The translations under genes were made by a program, and so were the position numbers. Source: Shigella phage EP23. Taken from it: a stretch of 44,077 nt of DNA. How positions within the stretch are numbered: the first letter of the stretch is position 1; each line of letters begins with the position of its first letter. The notes under the pieces were generated by a model. It ran no database searches. It saw only the letters and a list, made by a program, of their open reading frames with translations, and had not been told where the DNA came from. The DNA is taken from the sequence record JN984867; one strand, given 5' to 3'. Of the stretch, positions 26,080-33,531 are shown piece after piece.

Positions 26080-26524
26080 GATCTGGATCTATCGCGTACA
26101 GGGCAATTTTCTTATTACTGTTTAGAACGCGTTGCACGCGCTTTGATTCCTCGGTGCCGAGTGGTCGGCAGTCGGAGTAGTAAGACCCGTTCCCCCGCCA
26201 CGCAACCAGCACCAGGTCTTTCCGGTCAATCTTAGACTGGCGGCCCTTCGGACGCACGTACTCCTCGGCCCGTTTGCAATGCTCACGCAGACCATCGGCA
26301 GTGATGCGGTTTAGTGCAACGCTGGTGGTGTATCCGGTGCGCTGCATAATCCCCATCAATTTGAAAAGCAGTTCGAAGCGCTCCTCTAGCTCCTGGCGCA
26401 CTTTCTTCTCTCCTTCATATAGCGCCTGGTTGGTGTCCACCAACGCGTTAGCCCGTTCGGCCTGTTCGCGGGCTTCGAGGCATTGCGCGGCCCAGTAATC
26501 TTTTTCTTCTTGTAAAATTCTCAT
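26066..26524 (-). CDS. hypothetical protein (152 aa, coiled-coil N-terminus)
   Basis: Start trimmed to the ATG at 26524 behind GGAGA. The promoter at 26571-26599 lies just upstream. Confidence 0.6.
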   Translation of the reverse strand: MRILQEEKDYWAAQCLEAREQAERANALVDTNQALYEGEKKVRQELEERFELLFKLMGIMQRTGYTTSVALNRITADGLREHCKRAEEYVRPKGRQSKIDRKDLVLVAWRGNGSYYSDCRPLGTEESKRVQRVLNSNKKIALYAIDPDHAEE

Positions 26525-26570
26525 CGTGTTGTCTCCAGGTATTAAAAAGGGCGTCCAACCGGACACCCTC

Positions 26571-26599
26571 AATATAATGCAACCAATATGCTTATGCAA
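26571..26599 (-). promoter_or_regulatory. sigma70-like promoter
   Basis: On the minus strand: TTGGTTGCAT (-35 TTGCAT)-17 nt-TATATT, with a second TTGGTTGCA abutting the -10. Confidence 0.6.
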
Positions 26600-26604
26600 C
26601 CAAT

Positions 26605-26922
26605 TTACGCATAAAAATTTGGGTCGCGCGCAACGTCTACCAAGTAAAGGTTACTAATGCGGTTGCCGTAGTGGCCAGGTGTGCGCTGACGGCACACTAC
26701 GGCATAGCCTGGAGGTATTGTATTGCCAGTCTCGATAATCCACGCCACGCGTGCGCCAGACAGCGTCTTGCCGTTGCACTCGATACGAGTACCGCCATCA
26801 GTAGTATTGAGGTTGCCAATCTTGCAGCCGGTGGATTTCAGACGGATGACTCCGGTTTTGCTGTCGTAGGTGAATAGCTGGTTAGTCATTGCGACCGAAA
26901 AATCGATTGGTTCGAATGTCAT
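26605..26922 (-). CDS. HNH-endonuclease-like protein, apparently degenerate
   Basis: 105 aa. ARVAWIIETGNTIPPGYAVVCRQ...NRISNLYLV resembles HNH_3-type proteins, but Cys sits where the catalytic His is expected. Confidence 0.4.
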   Translation of the reverse strand: MTFEPIDFSVAMTNQLFTYDSKTGVIRLKSTGCKIGNLNTTDGGTRIECNGKTLSGARVAWIIETGNTIPPGYAVVCRQRTPGHYGNRISNLYLVDVARDPNFYA

Positions 26923-26923
26923 T

Positions 26924-28351
26924 TTAAATTTTCCTCGTTTTCTTAGCTTTCATGTATTCCATCAAGTCGTCCTGGATATCTCGCCTACTGTCGCGACGCT
27001 CGGCGACCAATTCGTCCAGTGTCCCGCGAGCCTGGATAATGTAGACGAATACTGGTCGAGGGTGTCCGGCTTGCATCTGGCGAACCGGCCCGATACGTTC
27101 AACGATCTGCGAAAAGTGCTCAAAGTTCCAGGTATCGGAGAAGATTGCCAGGTGATGTCCGCCGTCCTGCAAGTTAAGGCCGTGGCCTGCCGATGCCGGG
27201 TGTGCAAACATGATGGGGATCTCGCCCCTGTTCCACGCTTCCATATCCTTATTGCCCTGCTTACCCTTACCCAACGCGACGCCGTGCGGAAATTTCTTCT
27301 TAAGACGTGCCAGATCATGCTTGTACTGATACGCAACGAGCAACGGCGCGCCGTTCAACTCCTCCACGATACTTTCCAGCGCGTCCAGCTTCGCGTCGTG
27401 AATCTTCACCCACTCGTCGGTCCGTTCGCCGTCTTCGTCCACCTTATACACAGCGCCGGATGCAAGCTGAAGGCACTTAATTGTCTTCGCCGCGGCGTTC
27501 GCCGCTTCCACTGTTCCGCTTTCCAGTTCGGCAAATAGCTCGCTTTCAAACTGGTCATAAATCTTGCGGGCTTTCTTCGGCAGGTCCACAACAACCGGCG
27601 TATAGATTGGCTTGTCACACCCGAAGTATTCAGCCGCATCAACGGTTAGCGACACGTCGGACAGTCGTTGTTGTATTTCTTTCTCGGAGTTCTTAAGCGG
27701 GGCGTGCTGCATCGTGAAGCTGCCAGGCTTAACAGGCTTGCTAATAAACCAGCGGTCCGTGAACGCCTTATAGCTACTGCCGAGACGTTCGCCGCCGTCG
27801 ACAAACCACGTCTGACCCCATAGGTCTTTCAGCCCGTTCGGTGCGGGTGTGCCAGTCAGGTTAATCCAGCGCTTGACGTGCTTATGTGCGATCGCTGCCA
27901 GCGCACGGGCGCGCTTACTTCCCTGCTTGCTTCTATAGCCTTTCAGCTTAGTGGATTCATCGGCAACCACGACCGTAAAGGGCCACTCGTCGCCGCAATA
28001 CTCAACAAGCCACTCAACTACATCATAGTTAATACAAACCACGTTAGCGTCGCTCTCAAGCGCAGCGATGCGGTCCTTCTCTGGCCCAGTGCCGTCTACT
28101 ACCAGCAAGGCTGGGAAGCGCCATTTCTCCTGTTCCGGGGGCCATGTACCGGACGCAACGCGCAGCGGGGCCAGCACCAGTACGCGGTCATCCTGGTTGG
28201 ACAGGATGCCAGTCTGGAACATTTTATTCAGCGCCCACATGGTCGCGCCGGTTTTACCCGACCCCATTGTCGCCCATATATTGCATCGCTTATGCTTGAG
28301 GATGAACGCGGTTATCAACTTCTGATATTCGCGACGTCGGAAACGTGCCAT
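26924..28351 (-). CDS. SNF2/DEAD-like helicase
   Basis: Walker A ATMGSGKTG, motif II VVADESTKLK, C-terminal helicase domain (HPASAGHGLNLQ). The ORF is open to 28441. The ATG at 28351 avoids a 90-nt overlap with the upstream gene. Confidence 0.85.
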   Translation of the reverse strand: MARFRRREYQKLITAFILKHKRCNIWATMGSGKTGATMWALNKMFQTGILSNQDDRVLVLAPLRVASGTWPPEQEKWRFPALLVVDGTGPEKDRIAALESDANVVCINYDVVEWLVEYCGDEWPFTVVVADESTKLKGYRSKQGSKRARALAAIAHKHVKRWINLTGTPAPNGLKDLWGQTWFVDGGERLGSSYKAFTDRWFISKPVKPGSFTMQHAPLKNSEKEIQQRLSDVSLTVDAAEYFGCDKPIYTPVVVDLPKKARKIYDQFESELFAELESGTVEAANAAAKTIKCLQLASGAVYKVDEDGERTDEWVKIHDAKLDALESIVEELNGAPLLVAYQYKHDLARLKKKFPHGVALGKGKQGNKDMEAWNRGEIPIMFAHPASAGHGLNLQDGGHHLAIFSDTWNFEHFSQIVERIGPVRQMQAGHPRPVFVYIIQARGTLDELVAERRDSRRDIQDDLMEYMKAKKTRKI

Positions 28352-28355
28352 TTCT

Positions 28356-28574
28356 TTATTCCGCCTTTTTCCAGACTTCAGTTTCACTATCCCAGTTCCT
28401 CTTTGTGGCGTCGTAGTTGGTGGCGTGTCCGACGTGGACACCGGTAGCCCGGAAGCTCTTAAATTTTTGCCAGCACACCGTCAACGGCAGTGGGTAATTT
28501 AGGCCCGCGATAAACCACACGCGATCGCCTGGTTTACATTCGCCCAGCTTGGTGAGTCGGTAATGTTCTTTCAT
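28356..28574 (-). CDS. hypothetical protein (72 aa)
   Basis: SD GGGAGA 7 nt upstream of the ATG at 28574 (alternative start 28580). Confidence 0.5.
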   Translation of the reverse strand: MKEHYRLTKLGECKPGDRVWFIAGLNYPLPLTVCWQKFKSFRATGVHVGHATNYDATKRNWDSETEVWKKAE

Positions 28575-28586
28575 CGTCATGTCTCC

Positions 28587-28610
28587 CAAAAATGGCGGGA
28601 CAAGCCCGCC
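28587..28610 (-). terminator. candidate terminator
   Basis: On the minus strand: GGCGGG-CTTGT-CCCGCC followed by ATTTTT. The plus strand contains one GCGGGACA box. Confidence 0.5.
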
Positions 28611-28617
28611 GTATTAA

Positions 28618-28791
28618 TTATTTTTGTTCTGCACGGTAGCGGCGCTGCCGTTCGCGCTCTTTCTTATTGCGGCACGATTTGCACTCTGCCCGATACCCGT
28701 CTGGACTGCGCGCAGTCTTACCGGTGTATTTGTGGAACTGGGATAGCGGCTTTACACAGCCGCAATTACTACAACGTTTTTCTTCAATCAT
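28618..28791 (-). CDS. small zinc-ribbon protein (57 aa)
   Basis: CSNCGC ... CKSCRNKK four-Cys pattern, basic C-tail. Start trimmed to 28791 behind GAGGA, downstream of the 28823-28851 promoter. Confidence 0.55.
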   Translation of the reverse strand: MIEEKRCSNCGCVKPLSQFHKYTGKTARSPDGYRAECKSCRNKKERERQRRYRAEQK

Positions 28792-28822
28792 CTCTAAAAT
28801 CCTCGATATGGCTAACCGGCAC

Positions 28823-28851
28823 ACTATACCGCTATGCGACCAATTCAGCAA
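28823..28851 (-). promoter_or_regulatory. sigma70-like promoter
   Basis: On the minus strand: TTGGTTGCTG (-35 TTGCTG)-17 nt-TATAGT, with TTGGTCGCA in the spacer. Confidence 0.5.
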
Positions 28852-29110
28852 CCAATAAATCGCAGTCGGATATGTTGTCGATAACGCGAACGTCAGCACC
28901 GCGGCGGGCCATTCGCTCATGTTCACGTACCTGGTGCGGCTTCGGTTTTCCTCCGGGGCGCTTCACTTCGACGAACACTATTTTGCCGTTGATGATAATA
29001 ATCAGGTCGGGCGCACCTGCGCGCCCCTCCCATGCCAGTTTTCGGCAGAATCCGCCAACATCTTTCACCCGTCTCATCAGGTGGCTTTGAATCTTGCCTT
29101 CTGGTGTCAT
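28832..29110 (-). CDS. VRR-NUC domain nuclease
   Basis: 92 aa. GAPDLIIIINGKIVFVEVKRPGGKPKPHQVREHERM matches the VRR-NUC core (D...EVK). Its ATG overlaps the polymerase stop by 1 nt (TAATG). Confidence 0.8.
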   Translation of the reverse strand: MTPEGKIQSHLMRRVKDVGGFCRKLAWEGRAGAPDLIIIINGKIVFVEVKRPGGKPKPHQVREHERMARRGADVRVIDNISDCDLLVAELVA

Positions 29111-32100
29111 TACTTGCGGTAGCGATACATGCAATCGCCCTCTGCGGCAAGTGGGAAGCCTTTCGCCCAAACCGGCAGGTCGCACATCAGCGCGCACAAC
29201 TCCTCGGTTGTGTAGTCGTCGGTATCCGGCACTTCGGTTATCAGCTCATCGTGTACGGAAAGTACGATCTCATACCCCGCAGCTTCAACGCCAGGCATGG
29301 ACCATGCGAGAATATCGCGGCACAACGCCTGTACGATGTTTTCCGTCAGTTTGCCGCCGTAGGTATACTGGAATCCCCACTGGCGCGTCGTCTGATTCTC
29401 GCCCTGATATTTAATGCGTGTGCTGGTGCGCTTCTTGCCGGTGTCTTCGTCGATCTCGGTCGTGACAGACAGCGCGATGCCAGGGTAGCTCATGATGCGC
29501 CCTGACGGCAACTCAATTTTAAGCCACCACCCCGCCGCGTTCGGGTCGTCGCGCTCCTCGTCGAAGGTCGGGTCATGCTTCGCCTTCGTTCGAACAATTT
29601 TGAGCGCTTTCCTGCCATCCGGGCGAACGTTCGCGCCAGCCCAGTACGCTTTGCCCGGATTGCGGATCGCGCAGAGCACCGCGTCCTCCAGTTCGGCCCA
29701 AAAGGCTACCGTCATCGGGTGAGACTCACGCCACATACGTTTGATCGCGTCACACGTCAGCCACACGTTTTTCGGCAGTATGTAAGTTGGGCGCTCGTCT
29801 TTCTTGCCAGGCTTCGGCGGGCGCTTCTCCTCGTTAATGCGAGCGTACTCATAACCCCGCTTCGCCGCCGCCCAAATGTGATCCGGGAATGTGCCCTTCA
29901 TGACGTCAGCCATAGTGTAAAGGTCGAGGCCCAGGTTTTTAGCGAACTGCAAGAACGCCGCGACGCCGCCACCATAGCCCAGGCCAAGCTCGCAGTTATG
30001 CGCCACCAGAAAACCAGACTTAGACGCAATAAGGAACCGGTTTCCGTCTTCCACATCAATCAGGTCGTAAACCGGCTCGCAATAGGTTAACTTCCCGTTC
30101 CAGTTCAGCAATGCGGGTAAGGGCTTCATCGTACTTTCTCTGAAGCTCGGGCACGCTGCGCCGGTTACGGCAGTTTTCCGAACGGCTGACAAACCGAAGG
30201 TTTCCAGGCTCATAGTCGCCGTCTGTATCGATCCTGTCCATTTCGAAGTCTGGCTTATCCCAGCCGTCCAGCGTTTGAACGTAGAGAAGAAACGACCTTT
30301 TATCTCTCTTCCATTCGTCACATACGGCAATCCCACGACCGCCGTAGTTTTTATACCCTTTGGCGCGGGGGTTTGTCGTTCGTGATATTGCCGCTGACAG
30401 CCGGTTGAGTAGCCGCGTTCTGTGCGCATCGTCTGGCATTGCGTCATCGTAGCAAAAATACTGTTTACGATACCGCTTTGTCGCTTCAATTGCGCAGAGG
30501 TTGCATTGGGATGTTTTACCCCTTCGGACGTTGTCATACCCGACGCGTCCTGGCATCGCTCCGCAATCACATTGGGCCAGCAGTTGTCTGTGACCCTGTC
30601 GTTTTGGTAATTCGCGCAGGATAACCAGGCGTCCATACCTCTCGCCAGGGCGCGGACCATCGTGCACCTGTCTGAAACGAGTTGCCTTGCCTCCTTCCAT
30701 GAATGCGTCAAGATTTTGTGGTCTTCTGTCATCAAGACCCCGTCCACGTCTATCACTGGTTTCCACCCCATAAGGTGCGCGCCTTTTGTACTCACCCATT
30801 TTTCGCCGTTCCATACTTTATCCGTTGATGTTACGGCCATAATATCCTTGAACCCGCCATTGGTCAATACTTGGGTATGGCGGTGCAAGCAAGCCTTACC
30901 GATCTGGCGTAAGTCCTTGCGGTTGGCTTTAATGTAATCCGGGTCAAGGCCGAACATCTTACCGGCAGTCTCGCAATAGATATCGCGACCGGCCTTAAAG
31001 ACCATTAACGCTGTTTTCTCGCCAGCGATCCAGGCAAGTCCACGCCCTTCCACATTGGAGTAGTCCGCTACGACAAACTTCTTGCCCTTCGCCGGAATAA
31101 TGCACCCGCGAACGGTCGAGGCCGTTAGCTTCGATATGTCATACGCCCAGTGTGCGGTCCCGCGTAACAGGGAGTTGATGCCGTTGGTGAGCATGTGCGA
31201 CCGGACCCAAAACGAGACGTCGCTTTCACCCTCGCGGCGTTTAATCTTCCCTTCGTGGTCGTCGCTGTACTCGCCACGCGCCAGGTTTTGAGGCTGGAAG
31301 CCTTTGCCCGCCCAGCGCAGCGTGCGCTTTGCGCCGCCATACTGAAGACACCCACGGCGGCGACCATCTGCGGATAAGCCGTTAACTAGCGGATTGTACT
31401 TAGTCGATGCCGTTGATGACGCCCCGAGGCGCATTTCGATAAGCGCTTTGCCTTCGTCGGGGAAGTCCGGGTCTTCAAGCAGGTCGTTAAGCGTGGATTT
31501 CTGCGCGTTGTGGATCGTGAACGCCGGGGCGATATCACGCAGGATTGGCAGGAAGTCATTGCCTGTCAGCTTACCGCCAAATCGCTCCCAGGCTTCTTCC
31601 TTCAATTCTTCCTTATGCGCCTGCACCGCTTTGATCGCGGCGTTCGCCAGGTCAACGTCGACGTAGAAGCCGCGGTCGTTAATCAACTGGTCGATGAGCA
31701 GGATTTCATCTTCCTTAGGCGAGTTTCCCCAGTCCGGTATGCGCCAGTAGACTTCACGCATTGCGATAATATCCAGCGCGGCATAGCGCAGAAATTTGGC
31801 CCATTCTTCCGGGTGAGTCTCGCGAGTGTAGCGGCGGATTTTGTAGGTCTTAGGGGTAGGCTTACAGAATCGGTTAATCAGCGCCTTGCCTGCCTTATCC
31901 TTCGCGTGCTCTGCGTCAACGCCCAGAACCTGGCACTGCATATCGAGGCTACCGGGCAGCGCGTGGCGAAAGGCCATAATCATAGTGTCTTCGATCTGGC
32001 TTACCGGCAGGTCAATACCCCACTTCTCGCGGATAACCAGGCGGTCAAACAGGAGGCCGTTAGCCATCACTATTTTAGCCTTCTTGCGGGATACCCGGCG

Positions 32101-32298
32101 GAGCGCCTTGCGCAGTTCACGCGGCATTGTGGGGGATTCAGTGGCATCCCATGTCTGCACGCGGCCCTCGTCTATGGCGTAGGTGCAAATCATAATCTCT
32201 GTGGTTGGGTGCTCCGCGTAGGCGTACGCCCCAACTTTCTTCAGGTCCACCCCGCTAAATGTCTCGGTGTCGAGAAACAGGCGTTCGAAGTCTTTCAT
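29110..32298 (-). CDS. family A DNA polymerase precursor with 3'-5' exonuclease domain, interrupted by an intein
   Basis: Exo I FLDTETFS. Polymerase motif B is split as RQIGKA|C...HN|CELGLGYGGG. Exteins are 30892-32298 and 29110-29994. Confidence 0.9.
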   Translation of the reverse strand: MKDFERLFLDTETFSGVDLKKVGAYAYAEHPTTEIMICTYAIDEGRVQTWDATESPTMPRELRKALRRVSRKKAKIVMANGLLFDRLVIREKWGIDLPVSQIEDTMIMAFRHALPGSLDMQCQVLGVDAEHAKDKAGKALINRFCKPTPKTYKIRRYTRETHPEEWAKFLRYAALDIIAMREVYWRIPDWGNSPKEDEILLIDQLINDRGFYVDVDLANAAIKAVQAHKEELKEEAWERFGGKLTGNDFLPILRDIAPAFTIHNAQKSTLNDLLEDPDFPDEGKALIEMRLGASSTASTKYNPLVNGLSADGRRRGCLQYGGAKRTLRWAGKGFQPQNLARGEYSDDHEGKIKRREGESDVSFWVRSHMLTNGINSLLRGTAHWAYDISKLTASTVRGCIIPAKGKKFVVADYSNVEGRGLAWIAGEKTALMVFKAGRDIYCETAGKMFGLDPDYIKANRKDLRQIGKACLHRHTQVLTNGGFKDIMAVTSTDKVWNGEKWVSTKGAHLMGWKPVIDVDGVLMTEDHKILTHSWKEARQLVSDRCTMVRALARGMDAWLSCANYQNDRVTDNCWPNVIAERCQDASGMTTSEGVKHPNATSAQLKRQSGIVNSIFATMTQCQTMRTERGYSTGCQRQYHERQTPAPKGIKTTAVVGLPYVTNGREIKGRFFSTFKRWTAGISQTSKWTGSIQTATMSLETFGLSAVRKTAVTGAACPSFRESTMKPLPALLNWNGKLTYCEPVYDLIDVEDGNRFLIASKSGFLVAHNCELGLGYGGGVAAFLQFAKNLGLDLYTMADVMKGTFPDHIWAAAKRGYEYARINEEKRPPKPGKKDERPTYILPKNVWLTCDAIKRMWRESHPMTVAFWAELEDAVLCAIRNPGKAYWAGANVRPDGRKALKIVRTKAKHDPTFDEERDDPNAAGWWLKIELPSGRIMSYPGIALSVTTEIDEDTGKKRTSTRIKYQGENQTTRQWGFQYTYGGKLTENIVQALCRDILAWSMPGVEAAGYEIVLSVHDELITEVPDTDDYTTEELCALMCDLPVWAKGFPLAAEGDCMYRYRK
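29995..30891 (-). mobile_element. intein (299 aa) in polymerase motif B
   Basis: Block A CLHRHTQVLTNGGFKDI, block B LMTEDHKILT, C-terminal blocks VYDLIDVEDGNRFLIASKSGFLVAHN followed by the +1 Cys. Boundary codons checked on the sequence: 30889-30891 = Cys, 29995-30000 = His-Asn, 29992-29994 = Cys. Confidence 0.85.
30056..30814 (-). CDS. HNH-family homing endonuclease-like ORF nested inside the intein in the -1 frame
   Basis: Motifs GERYGRLVIL, CDCG...QCNLC, YKNYGGRGIAVCDEW, MDRIDTDGDYEPGNLRFVSRSENCRNRR. 30814 is the maximal ORF start. The ATG at 30700 (214 aa) lies just before the conserved core. No clear SD at either start. Confidence 0.7.
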   Translation of the reverse strand: MERRKMGEYKRRAPYGVETSDRRGRGLDDRRPQNLDAFMEGGKATRFRQVHDGPRPGERYGRLVILRELPKRQGHRQLLAQCDCGAMPGRVGYDNVRRGKTSQCNLCAIEATKRYRKQYFCYDDAMPDDAHRTRLLNRLSAAISRTTNPRAKGYKNYGGRGIAVCDEWKRDKRSFLLYVQTLDGWDKPDFEMDRIDTDGDYEPGNLRFVSRSENCRNRRSVPELQRKYDEALTRIAELEREVNLLRAGLRPD

Positions 32299-32465
32299 TG
32301 CTTTATCCTCACTACGGCGTCAGCGCTGCCGATCATGGAGAAGATGCCGTCGGACAGGGCGATCTCTTCGCCGTTGTTGCGAATCTCGGCAACTGTGAAA
32401 TATTCCCCCAGTAGCTTGGACCATACTTGCATTCCGACTTTTACTTCGCTGGCTTTAATACGCAT
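32295..32465 (-). CDS. small hypothetical protein (56 aa; below the ORF-track cutoff)
   Basis: Translated by hand: MRIKASEVKVGMQVWSKLLGEYFTVAEIRNNGEEIALSDGIFSMIGSADAVVRIKQ. ATGA overlap with the polymerase start. AGGA upstream. Confidence 0.5.
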   Translation of the reverse strand: MRIKASEVKVGMQVWSKLLGEYFTVAEIRNNGEEIALSDGIFSMIGSADAVVRIKQ

Positions 32466-32481
32466 TTTTCATTGTCCTGTT

Positions 32482-32505
32482 AAAAAGCCCGCATTAAGCG
32501 GGCTT
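32482..32505 (-). terminator. intrinsic terminator after the SSB gene
   Basis: On the minus strand: AAGCCCGC-TTAAT-GCGGGCTT followed by TTTTT. Confidence 0.75.
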
Positions 32506-32523
32506 GAATAGTGGGCTTTGCCC

Positions 32524-33198
32524 TTAACGGCGGCGACGTTTACGTGGCGCTTCGTCTTCGTCGTCGTCTTCGTCATCGTCATCACGACGTTTTGACTTTT
32601 TGGACTTACGCGGGCTTTCATCTTCGTCATCGTCGCCCAGGTCTTCGTCGGAACATGAAGACCCGCCACCGCCGAAGGCTTCGCCGTCATCACGGAAGCG
32701 CATACCCAGCAGACCACAGCCTAAGCCTTTGCCGTTGGTATTGTTCCAGGCCCAAATATCTAAGGAAACGTTGCAATAGCAACCGGAATAGATTTCCTTC
32801 CCTTCGATTTCGTCGCCGTCGATGGTCAGACCCTGCTCCGTCTGCTTCTCGCCTTCGGAAGTCTGGATGATCGGCTGTTTGAACGATTTGGCGTTGATGT
32901 ACAACATGCCTTCGAATTCTTCGGTTACTTCGTCGCGCTCGTCACCGTCGCGAACTGCGCATTCCTTAGAATCCTGGGCGTAGTGGCGGTCCATCCACTT
33001 ATCAGCATTCTTCTCGGATTTCAGCTTGTCGGTTAGCACTGCGCGCGCTGCCGCTTCCACTTTGTCCACCTGCGGATCTTCTTTATCAAGAAGAATCACT
33101 GCACGGTATGCCGGTTTTTGTCCATCCTGTTTAGGGGTATCACGTTCCCAAATTTTAAGGAAACATACGCGCACATTTTTCAGGTTGACTTTAGCCAT
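32524..33198 (-). CDS. ssDNA-binding protein (DUF2815 / gp2.5-like), inferred
   Basis: 224 aa. The N-terminus MAKVNLKNVRVCFLKIWE and the position between the DUF2800-type nuclease and PolA match the known DUF2800-DUF2815-PolA module. Mixed acidic/basic C-tail. Start trimmed to 33198 behind GAGGA. Confidence 0.6.
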   Translation of the reverse strand: MAKVNLKNVRVCFLKIWERDTPKQDGQKPAYRAVILLDKEDPQVDKVEAAARAVLTDKLKSEKNADKWMDRHYAQDSKECAVRDGDERDEVTEEFEGMLYINAKSFKQPIIQTSEGEKQTEQGLTIDGDEIEGKEIYSGCYCNVSLDIWAWNNTNGKGLGCGLLGMRFRDDGEAFGGGGSSCSDEDLGDDDEDESPRKSKKSKRRDDDDEDDDEDEAPRKRRRR

Positions 33199-33263
33199 TT
33201 TCCAATTCCTCATTTTCACATGTATCGGGGTTATTGGAAGCCACCCCGTTCGGCTTGGTTGCT

Positions 33264-33292
33264 AATTTACTTGGTTGCGCCTGAGCGGTCAA
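33264..33292 (-). promoter_or_regulatory. sigma70-like promoter for SSB/polymerase genes
   Basis: On the minus strand: TTGACC-17 nt-TAAATT, with GCAACCAAG in the spacer and AGCAACCAAG just after the -10. Confidence 0.5.
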
Positions 33293-33531
33293 GCATTTTC
33301 ATTAAAAAGATTTCGGGTAACGTAGTTGGTCGCGTTCTCGATCCAGCTTAACGGCGGGCGGTTGATGTTCTTCTCCACCCAATCGACGGCAGCTTCGCTA
33401 TAGCCGTCATCCAGCCAGCGGGTCGGATGTCTAATCATCCATGCCACCATTAACACGCCTTGCACACAATGCAGGATAAAGCCCAGCGCGCCGATAACAA
33501 ACATCAATAAGATTGCGAATACTTTATTCAT
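33289..33531 (-). CDS. small membrane protein (80 aa)
   Basis: Two hydrophobic helices (VFAILLMFVIGALGFILHCVQGVLMVAWMI). Confidence 0.5.
   Translation of the reverse strand: MNKVFAILLMFVIGALGFILHCVQGVLMVAWMIRHPTRWLDDGYSEAAVDWVEKNINRPPLSWIENATNYVTRNLFNENA

Noticed and set aside
26870-27538. 222-aa plus-strand ORF (also 27878-28447, 24709-25350, 33869-34528, 29575-30090) antisense to early genes
   Set aside because: All lie opposite motif-bearing minus-strand genes (helicase, HAD phosphatase, DUF2800 nuclease, polymerase). They lack SD sequences and recognisable motifs.
30640-30720. Programmed -1 frameshift joining the intein N-terminal block to the HNH frame
   Set aside because: I could not find a canonical X XXY YYZ slippery heptamer near the frame transition; the closest is CAC AAA ATC. 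It is left as something to test rather than a claim.
31510-32511. 333-aa plus-strand ORF antisense to the polymerase N-terminus
   Set aside because: Shadow ORF. The polymerase frame carries the exonuclease motifs. There are no independent signals.
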